A DNA stretch of 57,238 bases from contig JBGFSC010000016.1 in the NCBI GenBank assembly GCA_041694815.1, positions 1-57,238 on the forward strand, in the 5' to 3' direction. The notes beneath the pieces were generated by a model. It saw only the letters and a list, made by a program, of their open reading frames with translations, searched no databases and was not told the DNA's origin. Position numbers and translations under genes: made by a program. Of the stretch, positions 18,573 to 26,853 are shown piece after piece (positions within the stretch are counted from its first letter, which is position 1; each line of letters starts with the position of its first letter). The stretch comes from Elusimicrobiota bacterium. Its GTDB lineage: Bacteria > Elusimicrobiota > Elusimicrobia > UBA1565 > JACRDR01.

Positions 18573-20017
18573 ACATCCTCATGGCCGCCAGCGAGTCGGT
18601 CCCTTTTTACAAGACCGGCGGCCTGGCGGATGTGGTCGGGGCCCTGGCGCAGGTTTTCGGTCGCAAAGGGCATCGGGTCAGCTTGTTCCTCCCGAAATAC
18701 CGCTCCGTGGAGGGCGGTTCCCTCTCCCTCAAGTCGATCCCCGGCGGCTATTACATTCCCATCGGGGCCCAGCTGGAGAGGGCTTCGTTGGCGTCGGCGG
18801 CATGGGGGGCCGCGACCGTCTACTTCGTGGAGAACGCGAAGTATTTCGGGCGCGAGGGAGCCTACGGCGCGAATGGGCGTGACTATGAGGACAACGATGA
18901 GCGCTTCCTGTTTTTTTCCCGCGCCGTGCTTGAAGGCGCCAAGTTCATCGATTTCAAACCGGACGTCGTCCATTGCCACGATTGGCAGGCGGCCCCCATC
19001 CCGGCTTATTTGAAGCTCCTCTATTCGATCGACGCGTTCTTCGCCAATACGGGATCGCTCTTGACCGTGCACAACGCCGCCTATCAGGGAGTTTTCGGGA
19101 AGGACGCCCTATTTTTGGCCGGTTTCGGCTGGGGGGACTTCACCCCGGATCGCCTGGAGTATTACGGGGGCTTGAGCTTCCTCAAGGCGGGACTCGTGTA
19201 CGCGGACAAGCTCAACACCGTCAGCCCGACCTATTCGAACGAGATCCAGTCCTCCGCCGAATTCGGCCGCGGGCTGGAAGGGGTGTTGCGGCAGCGGGCC
19301 AAGGACCTGACGGGGATACTCAATGGCTTAGACGTCGACGTTTGGAACCCTGAAACCGACTCGTTTCTGCCTGAGAATTTTTCGGCCGAAAACCCCTCGG
19401 AAGGCAAGGCCGCCTGCAAGGCGGCGTTGAGGAAAGAATGCGGGCTGGCCTCCGCCAAGCGCACGCCTCTTTTCGCGGTCGTCTCGAGGCTCGACCCCCA
19501 GAAAGGCCTCGATCTGGTCCTGGAATTGGCGCCGAGGCTCCTTCAGGACGCAGCGCAGCTGGTCGTGCTGGGAAACGGCGACGCGAAGCTGCACCGTGAA
19601 TTCGAGGAATTGGCGCGGCGTTTCCCGGAGCAGATCTATTACCGCCCGGGTTTCGACGAAGCCTTCGCCCATCGAGTCTACGGGGCCTGCGACGCGTTCC
19701 TCATGCCTTCGCGTTTCGAGCCCTGCGGGCTTGGCCAGCTCATCGCGATGCGTTACGGCGCGCTGCCGGTGGTCACTCGAACCGGAGGGTTGGCCGATAC
19801 CGTGCGCGAGGACGGCCGCGCCAACGGTTTCGTCGCGGCCCAGGCCTCCACGGCCGAGCTGTGGTCGGCGATCTCCCGCGCCTTGGCGCTCTACGCGCAG
19901 CCCGAGGCCTGGGCCGATCGCGTCGGCGAGGCCATGCGCGGAGATTATTCATGGGAGCGCTCCGCGGCGCGCTACCTCGCGCTTTTCCAGGAAATCGTCC
20001 CTCGCCAAAGAACCTAG
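18569..20017 (+). CDS. glgA: Glycogen synthase
   Basis: KTGGLADV, HCHDWQ, TVHN.AYQG, PSRFEPCGL, TGGLADTV; ATG 18569 overlaps the kinase stop. Confidence 0.95.
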   Translation: MNILMAASESVPFYKTGGLADVVGALAQVFGRKGHRVSLFLPKYRSVEGGSLSLKSIPGGYYIPIGAQLERASLASAAWGAATVYFVENAKYFGREGAYGANGRDYEDNDERFLFFSRAVLEGAKFIDFKPDVVHCHDWQAAPIPAYLKLLYSIDAFFANTGSLLTVHNAAYQGVFGKDALFLAGFGWGDFTPDRLEYYGGLSFLKAGLVYADKLNTVSPTYSNEIQSSAEFGRGLEGVLRQRAKDLTGILNGLDVDVWNPETDSFLPENFSAENPSEGKAACKAALRKECGLASAKRTPLFAVVSRLDPQKGLDLVLELAPRLLQDAAQLVVLGNGDAKLHREFEELARRFPEQIYYRPGFDEAFAHRVYGACDAFLMPSRFEPCGLGQLIAMRYGALPVVTRTGGLADTVREDGRANGFVAAQASTAELWSAISRALALYAQPEAWADRVGEAMRGDYSWERSAARYLALFQEIVPRQRT

Positions 20018-20053
20018 GCCTTAGGACCGCCGCACGGCTAGGTCTCCGACTCC

Positions 20054-20082
20054 TTGTCCGTACGGGCGGCCTTTGCTACAGT
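20054..20082 (+). promoter_or_regulatory. Sigma70-type promoter, leaderless
   Basis: TTGTCC-17-(TGc)TACAGT, 6 nt before ATG 20089. Confidence 0.55.
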
Positions 20083-20088
20083 CGCGGT

Positions 20089-21129
20089 ATGAGGCTCCTG
20101 GATTTCCTTCTGCCCGCGCTTCTTCTCGCCGGCCCGTTCGCTTCGGCCGAGGGGGCCGGCCGAAGGGAAGCGACGCTGGACCCGTTGTTCATGGGCGAGG
20201 GAAAAACATATCCGAAGCCGACGCCGGACCAAGAGGGCTTCCACCAAAATTATCCCCTCTACGGGCTCGACGGCCGCGCCTCCGAAAAGCGGGCGCCCAG
20301 CCCCGAGACGCCGAGCCGCCATGCGGCTCCTCGGGCGGCGGCTGGCGCCAAGGCGGCTCCCTCAGCCCCGTCGTCGCGCCCTTCCGAGACTCCCAAGCCG
20401 GAGCGTCCCGCGGCGATGGAAGGGCTTTCTCGTTTTTTCAAGGCGGCCAAGGAGCGTGCGGCCGCCTCCCCCTCGGGCGCGCGCAGACCCCCGGCCCCAA
20501 CGGCGGAGGATCTCGACGCGCAATACGACCATAACACGGCGCGGGATTCCACGGAGCTTCTGCGCCCCGAGGGTCCCAGCGCTCCCCCCAGGGCCGCCAT
20601 CGAGCCGATGCCTTCGCGCTCGGAGAGCGACGTGTTCGTCGCCATGGATCTCGATGTCGCCGGCAATCCCGGGCAGTACCGCGACGCCGTCGCGCAGTTG
20701 TCCAAGACAGCCGGGTTTTCGGTTGACTCGCGCTTCTCTCCCGCCTTCAAGGACGGACGCAGGATCGCGGTCTGGGGCTGGCTCCCGGCTTCCAAGATCG
20801 GCGAGGCGATGCGCTCCCCCTGGGTCGCGCGCCTAGAGGCGCCGCGAGGCTCGCTCGGTGGCTCCAAATCCAAGGCCAGGGCGACGATCAAGGTGCTCCT
20901 TCGATTGCCGGCCGCCAACGGGCAAAGGGCGCTGGCTTCCTCGCTGATGCGCCTTTCGGCCGCCGGCTTCCAATGGCAGCGGACGATCGGCTTCGAGCCT
21001 CAGTCGTCATACCGCGGCGTGCGCCGGCTCGCCGTCATCGGCACCGCGCCGGTCAGCCGGATGAACCGTCTGATGGCGGACCCTTCCGTCTTGAGGGTCG
21101 AGCCGTATCGGGAGCGGTTGCCTTTATAA
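20089..21129 (+). CDS. Hypothetical exported protein
   Basis: Signal peptide MRLLDFLLPALLLAGPFASA; Pro/Ala linker; two similar C-terminal alpha/beta modules (..VWGWLP...V.RLE and ..VIGTAP...V.RVE). Confidence 0.7.
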   Translation: MRLLDFLLPALLLAGPFASAEGAGRREATLDPLFMGEGKTYPKPTPDQEGFHQNYPLYGLDGRASEKRAPSPETPSRHAAPRAAAGAKAAPSAPSSRPSETPKPERPAAMEGLSRFFKAAKERAAASPSGARRPPAPTAEDLDAQYDHNTARDSTELLRPEGPSAPPRAAIEPMPSRSESDVFVAMDLDVAGNPGQYRDAVAQLSKTAGFSVDSRFSPAFKDGRRIAVWGWLPASKIGEAMRSPWVARLEAPRGSLGGSKSKARATIKVLLRLPAANGQRALASSLMRLSAAGFQWQRTIGFEPQSSYRGVRRLAVIGTAPVSRMNRLMADPSVLRVEPYRERLPL

Positions 21130-21192
21130 AGGTAGCTCCGCGGCTTCGCCGCGCATGCCGAGCCGCTGGCCGGTAGTATCTGAATTTGCTGA

Positions 21193-21225
21193 TTTTTAGC
21201 GCCGCCATTTTGACGGCGCTAAAAA
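21193..21225. terminator. Stem-loop flanked by T/A tracts, possible terminator; homologous to 14652 hairpin
   Basis: TTTTTAGCGCCG-ccattttga-CGGCGCTAAAAA. Confidence 0.55.
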
Positions 21226-21265
21226 AGTCATCGTCGCCTTATATCCCATGGCGCCTGCGGCGCCA

Positions 21266-21309
21266 AGCGCGGGATACTCGCGAGAAACCTCGAACTTCGT
21301 CGCGCGAAG
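21266..21309. repeat. Partial copy of the 14.7-kb repeat unit
   Basis: AGCGCGGGAtaCTCGCGAGAAACCTCGAACTTCGTCGCGCGAAG matches 14759-14803. Confidence 0.85.
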
Positions 21310-21317
21310 GCAATGAC

Positions 21318-21365
21318 GGTGCCAGGGATTGACTTTCGCCTAGGCGAAAGTCAATCCCTGGCACC
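21318..21365. repeat. 48-bp perfect palindrome, copy 1
   Basis: GGTGCCAGGGATTGACTTTCGCCT|AGGCGAAAGTCAATCCCTGGCACC. Confidence 0.95.
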
Positions 21366-21403
21366 ACCGGTCTCGCGAAGAATCCAAAAAATGCCGGCGG
21401 GTA

Positions 21404-21432
21404 TTGACAAAAAGGGCATTCCAGGTTATGTT
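21404..21432 (+). promoter_or_regulatory. Sigma70-type promoter of the ftsX operon
   Basis: TTGACA-17-TATGTT, 8 nt before GTG 21441. Confidence 0.6.
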
Positions 21433-21440
21433 ACTTCGGA

Positions 21441-22286
21441 GTGCCAAAAATCAAGCTAACCCCTTTTTTCCCGACGGTGGTATTGAGCCTCCTGTTCGGG
21501 ATCGCCGGCGAGGCTCTGCTTCACGTTGAAGCGCAATGCCGCCGCGCCGCCTCCGTCCTGGCCGAGGATTTCCGCATCCTCGTTTTTCTGAGCCCTTCCT
21601 TAAGTGATGGCAGACAAAAGGAGATCGAGGATGCCTTGCTGCGGCTCTCGGGAGTCCGATCAGTCCGCCTCGTCACGCCCGAGGCGGCGCTAGAGGAAAT
21701 GCACCGCGAGGACCCCGAGCTATCCCGTTCGGTCGCCTTGCTGGGAGAAAATCCGTTGAGCGCCGCTTTCGAAGTCGAGATCAGACCCGAGGCCGTCAAT
21801 CGCGTGTCGGAGCGGGCCGCCGCGGCCGCGGCGATGGAAGGCGTCGAGGACGTGCGTTATAGGCGGCTGCAAGCGGGTGCCTTGGCCCACATGCAGTTGT
21901 ACGGATGGTTCCTGCGTTCGGTGATCCTGTGCTGCGCGCTACTGTGGCTGGCTGCCGTCGCGGCTTCCTTGTGGGCGCGTCGAGGAGCGTTGGAGCCCGG
22001 CCGGATCCTCTGGCGCCGCGCCGGCGGGGCCGGCCTGGCCGCCGCCTCGGGCGCGCTTCTTGTTTTAGCGGTCGTTTTTCCCCTATCGAGCGTCGCGCCG
22101 AAAATATGGCCGCCCCTTTGGGCCCAGTTCCTCTTGGTATTGGCCGGCTGCGGTTGGGGAATTATTTTGCCTTTAGTTCCCGCCACGGCCGATCCACCCC
22201 CGCCTGAACCTCCGCCTCCTCCATCGTCTTTGCCGATCGAGGAAGCGCGGGAGCTCGAGGCCTTGAGCGCGGACGCCCTTTTATGA
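21441..22286 (+). CDS. ftsX: FtsX-like permease
   Basis: ILVFL, GVRSVRLVTPEAALEE, LGENPLSAAFEV, GVEDVRY; TM helices; upstream of an EnvC-like gene. Confidence 0.7.
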   Translation: MPKIKLTPFFPTVVLSLLFGIAGEALLHVEAQCRRAASVLAEDFRILVFLSPSLSDGRQKEIEDALLRLSGVRSVRLVTPEAALEEMHREDPELSRSVALLGENPLSAAFEVEIRPEAVNRVSERAAAAAAMEGVEDVRYRRLQAGALAHMQLYGWFLRSVILCCALLWLAAVAASLWARRGALEPGRILWRRAGGAGLAAASGALLVLAVVFPLSSVAPKIWPPLWAQFLLVLAGCGWGIILPLVPATADPPPPEPPPPPSSLPIEEARELEALSADALL

Positions 22287-23410
22287 ACGCGGCATTGGCC
22301 CTGGCTGCTGGACTGGCGTCCTGGCACGGGACGTCATGGGGGGCCGTGGCCGTTTCGGTCAAGCGTAAGGAGCTTATCGAGGTGCAGCGGCAGTTGGAGA
22401 GCAAAAAAAGGGAGATCCTGGAGTTCCGCAAGCAGGAGTCTTTGTTGAAGCAAGACCTATCGAAGCTGGCGACGCTGAATTCGGAATCTGAACGCCGGAT
22501 CAAGGCGCTGCAGGCGAAGATCCGGGAATCCGAAAACCGTAAAAACGCGTTGAAGGCGCATCTCGGCGCGCTCCATCTCGCGGAGGGTCGCTGGCGAGGC
22601 GTGCTGACCGAGGAGCTGCGCGGCCGCCAACGGCGACGCGAAGCGGAGTCGGGCCTCTACGGCCGCGGCGGCTTATGGCGCGAGCTATTCGTGCGCGCGG
22701 CGATTCTCGAGAAGGTCCGTTATATCGAAGGGGTCCGGGGCGTTCAACGCAAAACCGAAGCCGACGCGGCGCTGCTTCGCAGGCTTTCCGCGGACCTTGA
22801 GGCCAAAAAACTGGGGGCCCGGGCCGAGCAGCGCGACCGCGAGAGCCTATATATCAAAAAGAAGGAAATATACCAGGAGACCGCCGCCAAGCTCGAGCAG
22901 ATCGAGAAAAGCATCCGGGAGCTGCAGGATTCCGCCATGGCCCTCTCGAGGCTTCTGCGGGCTTTGGAGAGCAAATCCCCGTACAAGGCTCCGGAGGGCC
23001 CCGTCCCTTTGGCTGAGCCCAAGAATTCCTTGCCTTGGCCGGCCAAGGGCAGGGTGGTATCGTTCTTCGGTCGCCGCAACGTCCAGGAGCTCAATACCTG
23101 GGTAATCCAGCAGGGGATCCGCCTTGCGACGGCGGCTCGGGCGCCCGTCCATCCGGTCAAGGCCGGCAAGATCATTTTCAGCGGCCCATTCCGCTCCTAT
23201 GGGCGGGTCCTAATCGTGGACCATGGCCAGGCTTTCTACACGATTTACGGGCAGTTGGGGGCCGTGCTCAAGAGGAAGGGGGATTGGGTCCGCCCTGCGG
23301 AGGCGATCGCCGAGGCCGGCCAGGCGGAGGGCGAAGGGGTCGTTTATTTCGAAGTGAGGCAAAGCGGCGATGCGCTCGATCCCCTGGACTGGCTCATGCG
23401 TCAACCATGA
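22283..23410 (+). CDS. envC: EnvC-like coiled-coil M23 (degenerate LytM) protein
   Basis: Long coiled coil, LPWPAKG, GIRL, YGRVLIVDHG, YFEVR..G.ALDP; lacks the HxH Zn motif. Confidence 0.8.
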   Translation: MNAALALAAGLASWHGTSWGAVAVSVKRKELIEVQRQLESKKREILEFRKQESLLKQDLSKLATLNSESERRIKALQAKIRESENRKNALKAHLGALHLAEGRWRGVLTEELRGRQRRREAESGLYGRGGLWRELFVRAAILEKVRYIEGVRGVQRKTEADAALLRRLSADLEAKKLGARAEQRDRESLYIKKKEIYQETAAKLEQIEKSIRELQDSAMALSRLLRALESKSPYKAPEGPVPLAEPKNSLPWPAKGRVVSFFGRRNVQELNTWVIQQGIRLATAARAPVHPVKAGKIIFSGPFRSYGRVLIVDHGQAFYTIYGQLGAVLKRKGDWVRPAEAIAEAGQAEGEGVVYFEVRQSGDALDPLDWLMRQP

Positions 23411-23426
23411 TTCGACGGGAGAGTCT

Positions 23427-24722
23427 ATGAAAAAGAAACTAGTCCACCGTGCGGCATTCGCTTTCCTGCTGGCTTTTACGGCCTCGAAACTGCTTCCGGC
23501 GGCCTATGCGGCGGCGGACAAAACGTACGAGCAGCTCAAGATACTCGTCGACATTCTCGACTACATCAAGGAGAATTACGTCGATGAAGTCGAATCGGGC
23601 AAGTTGATCTACGGCGCGGCGGCGGGGATGGTCAAGACCCTCGATCCCTTCTCGCAATTCATGGAGCCCGAGGTCCACAAGGACATAAAAACGGAGACGG
23701 AGGGGCAGTTCGGCGGTCTTGGAATACGGATTTCCTTGGACAAGGACGGCTGGTTGACGGTCATCACCCCGCTTCCCGGGACCCCGGCGTTCCGGCTCGG
23801 CGTACTGCCCAACGATCGCATCGTCAAAATAGAGGGAGAAAGCACCAAGGATCTGGCCCTCACGGACGCGGTCAAGAAACTGCGAGGCGTGCCTGGCACG
23901 AAGGTCAATATCACTATAGCGCGGGAGCCGGAGAACGACCCGAAGGCCGCGTGGACCACGCATGAATTCACGATCGTGCGCGAAGTCATCAAGATCGAGA
24001 GCGTACGGACGAAGCTGCTTTCCGACAAAATCGGCTACGCCCGCATCATCGAATTCTCAGCCCATACGGCGGAGGATCTGCTGGAGGCCTTGGGGGAATT
24101 GAAAAAACAGGGCGCGAATTCCCTGGTGCTCGACCTCCGCAACAATCCCGGAGGCCTGCTTTCGGCGGCCGTCGACGTCTCTTCGGACTTCTTGGGAGGC
24201 AACAAACTCATCGTGTATACCCAGGGCCGCCGCAGCGAGAACCGCCAGGACTTCCGCGCCAACTCGAAGGCGCCGTTCGAGAATATCCCAATGGTGGTCT
24301 TGGTGAACAAGGGGTCGGCTTCCGGCAGCGAGATCGTCGCGGGGGCTCTGCAGGACCATCACCGCGCGGTGGTCATCGGCGACCGGACCTTCGGCAAGGC
24401 CAGCGTCCAATCGGTAATCCCGCTTTCGGACGGATCGGGGCTGCGCCTGACGGTGGCGCGCTATTACACGCCGGCGGGACGCTCCATCCAGCGCGACGAG
24501 AAAAAGGGGACTGGCGGCATCGTTCCCGATATATTGGTCTCCGTGCCGCGCGAGACGGAGGTCAAATTGATGTCGCAGGCCGACGAGATCTATTCGCCCG
24601 GCCAGAAGCCGCGCCCGGCCGCCAAGGCGGAGGAGCTGGTTAAGGACGAGGTTCTCGAGCGCGCCGTTGAGATACTCAAGGCCCGCGACGTGCTGAGCAC
24701 CTTGAAGGCTCGAGAGGGTTAG
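23427..24722 (+). CDS. ctpA: C-terminal processing peptidase, S41 family
   Basis: LDPFS, GGLGI (PDZ), DLRNNPGG, SASGSEI, TFGKASVQ, YYTPAG. Confidence 0.93.
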   Translation: MKKKLVHRAAFAFLLAFTASKLLPAAYAAADKTYEQLKILVDILDYIKENYVDEVESGKLIYGAAAGMVKTLDPFSQFMEPEVHKDIKTETEGQFGGLGIRISLDKDGWLTVITPLPGTPAFRLGVLPNDRIVKIEGESTKDLALTDAVKKLRGVPGTKVNITIAREPENDPKAAWTTHEFTIVREVIKIESVRTKLLSDKIGYARIIEFSAHTAEDLLEALGELKKQGANSLVLDLRNNPGGLLSAAVDVSSDFLGGNKLIVYTQGRRSENRQDFRANSKAPFENIPMVVLVNKGSASGSEIVAGALQDHHRAVVIGDRTFGKASVQSVIPLSDGSGLRLTVARYYTPAGRSIQRDEKKGTGGIVPDILVSVPRETEVKLMSQADEIYSPGQKPRPAAKAEELVKDEVLERAVEILKARDVLSTLKAREG

Positions 24723-24724
24723 CG

Positions 24725-25741
24725 CTGAGAATCCTCGGCATCGAGACATCCTGCGATGAGACCGCCGCCGCGGTGATCGAGGACGGCCGCGTCCTCTCGA
24801 ACGTCGTTTCCTCCCAGGCGGAGCTGCATGGCCGCTATTTCGGCGTCGTGCCCGAGCTGGCCAGCCGCGCGCATCAGCAAAAAATCGCCGCCGTGGTCGA
24901 CGAGGCCCTGGGCCTCGCCGTGGCCGGCGCCGGGATATCCTCCGTGGCGGAATGCGTCGACGCCGTCGCCTATACGCGGGGGCCCGGACTGGCCGGGGCG
25001 CTCCTCGTCGGCAAGGTCGCCGCTCAGGCGATCTCCTGGGCGGGCCGCCTGCCTTTGATTCCCGTCAATCATCTGGAGGGCCACGCCTTCGCGGTGGAGT
25101 TTTCGCGCCTGCCCGCCTTTCCTTTCGTGTCCCTGATCGTTTCCGGAGGGCATACCGACCTGGTGCTGGTTCGCGGGCACGGCGAATACCGGGTACTCGG
25201 CAGAACCCTCGATGACGCGGCCGGCGAGGTGTTCGACAAGGTGGCCAAGCTTCTGGGCTTGGGATTCCCGGGAGGCCCGCTCATCGACCGCGCGGCTAAA
25301 CAGGGCGATCCGCGGGCTATCCGCTTCCCTCGCCCCTTGCTTCCCGAAAGCTGGAATTTTTCCTTCTCCGGACTTAAGACCGCGGTGCTCTACCACGTGA
25401 AACCCCCACGGGCGGGCACCGGACGGAGGATCGTCGTCGAGGACGTGTGCGCCTCCTTCCAAGAGGCGGTCGTAGACACGCTCGTCGAGAAGACCCTGGC
25501 GGCGGCCCGGGCCTTTAGGGCTAGGGACATCGTGATCGGCGGAGGCGTGGCGGCCAACAGCCGCTTGCGCTCGGCCTTCGCGGAGCGAGGCGCGTCCGTG
25601 CTCTTTCCTCCTCCCTCCCTTTGCACGGACAACGGCGCGATGATCGCGCGGGTCGCCTGGCACCGCTTGCGTGCGCGCCGCCTTTCCAAGCGCTTCGAAG
25701 TCGATCCGTCGCTGGCCATGTCGAGCTGGGGGAGGCCGTGA
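24725..25741 (+). CDS. tsaD: tRNA N6-adenosine threonylcarbamoyltransferase
   Basis: ILGIETSCDET, GVVPELASRAH, NHLEGH, VSGGHT, DDAAGEVFDK, CTDNGAMI; start uncertain (CTG at 24725). Confidence 0.93.
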   Translation: MRILGIETSCDETAAAVIEDGRVLSNVVSSQAELHGRYFGVVPELASRAHQQKIAAVVDEALGLAVAGAGISSVAECVDAVAYTRGPGLAGALLVGKVAAQAISWAGRLPLIPVNHLEGHAFAVEFSRLPAFPFVSLIVSGGHTDLVLVRGHGEYRVLGRTLDDAAGEVFDKVAKLLGLGFPGGPLIDRAAKQGDPRAIRFPRPLLPESWNFSFSGLKTAVLYHVKPPRAGTGRRIVVEDVCASFQEAVVDTLVEKTLAAARAFRARDIVIGGGVAANSRLRSAFAERGASVLFPPPSLCTDNGAMIARVAWHRLRARRLSKRFEVDPSLAMSSWGRP

Positions 25742-26853
25742 AGGCGCTGCACTTCTGGATGCTTCCCGACCACGGGTCGAAGACCGCTTCCAATGCCCGA
25801 GGGCACCTGCGCGAGTTCATCCGGATGCACCCCGAGATCAAGGTGGAGGTGGCGGTGAAGACCGCCTCTTCGCTTTGGAAACAACTGTTCCTGATCCTTA
25901 AACGGCCGCAGGAAGTGCCCGCGCCGGATCTCATCGAGATCCCCGCTCCTTGGGGCTCGACCCTCGAGCAATTGGGCATGCTGGAAGGGCCCTCGGTCCC
26001 TTGGTGGACGGAGATCGGCGTGCTGTATTACCGCAAGGATCTTCTGAGGAGGCACGGTCTCGACCCGGCTGAGGCATTGGCGAGCATCGGCGGTCTCATG
26101 GAAACGTGCCGTAGGCTGGCGAGGGTGGGGGGACGCTGCCTTCCCATCGCCAATGGAAACTCCCGCGACTTCGTATCGATGGAGGACGTTGCCCCATGGG
26201 TTTGGTCCCGCGGCGGGGATTTTTTTTCGCGGGACGGCTCCCGCGCCCTATTCCACCGCGAAGAGGCCTTCTACGGCATCCATGAGTACTTGCAGCTCCT
26301 CGATCAGGGCTGGATGCCATTGCTGGGCAAAAACGGGTTGGTCCCGGTGAGCTTATTCGAGGGCGGCAGCTTCCTTCAATTCCACGGCCGCCTGCCTCCC
26401 CGTTGCCCATTCCCCCTAGGTGCCGTGGTATTCCCGCGCGGGGACGGAGGACGGCGGGGAACACTCAGCGCGCGGCATTTGGCCGTACCCAGGGCCAGCG
26501 CCCTGGGGCCCGAGTCGTCCGAATTGCTGCGCTACCTGACCCGCCCATCTCAAGCGGAGCGCTACGCCGCTTCGGTGGGCGGGTTTCCTTGCCGGCAAGA
26601 GCAGCAGGAGGCCTCTTTCCAGGGGGCGGGAGAGGAGCTCGGCGGAGTATTTAGGGAAGCGAAGGCGCATGCGCGCGCGCTGCCGGAGGTGCCTTTCCTG
26701 GGCACCCTGGAAAAGGTTTTCGACCGGAGCATGGAAAACCTCATCCGGACGATCCTACAGCGGAGCTACTGCGAATCCGTGCTTAGGCAGGAGCTGATCT
26801 ACGCGGCCGCGGAGATGGACTACGTGCTTTCCTTGGCGGGAGCGGCCGCATGA
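25738..26853 (+). CDS. Solute-binding-protein (family 1)-like protein without a signal peptide
   Basis: F...HPEIKVEV, PDLIEI, VPWW...LYYRKDLL, WSRGG; GTG overlaps the tsaD stop. Confidence 0.65.
   Translation: MKALHFWMLPDHGSKTASNARGHLREFIRMHPEIKVEVAVKTASSLWKQLFLILKRPQEVPAPDLIEIPAPWGSTLEQLGMLEGPSVPWWTEIGVLYYRKDLLRRHGLDPAEALASIGGLMETCRRLARVGGRCLPIANGNSRDFVSMEDVAPWVWSRGGDFFSRDGSRALFHREEAFYGIHEYLQLLDQGWMPLLGKNGLVPVSLFEGGSFLQFHGRLPPRCPFPLGAVVFPRGDGGRRGTLSARHLAVPRASALGPESSELLRYLTRPSQAERYAASVGGFPCRQEQQEASFQGAGEELGGVFREAKAHARALPEVPFLGTLEKVFDRSMENLIRTILQRSYCESVLRQELIYAAAEMDYVLSLAGAAA

Noticed and set aside
20014..20055. Additional GGNC-N5-GNCC box (TAGGCCTTAGGACC / TAGGTCTCCGACTCC)
   Set aside because: Spacing or half-sites do not fit the 13-bp pattern.
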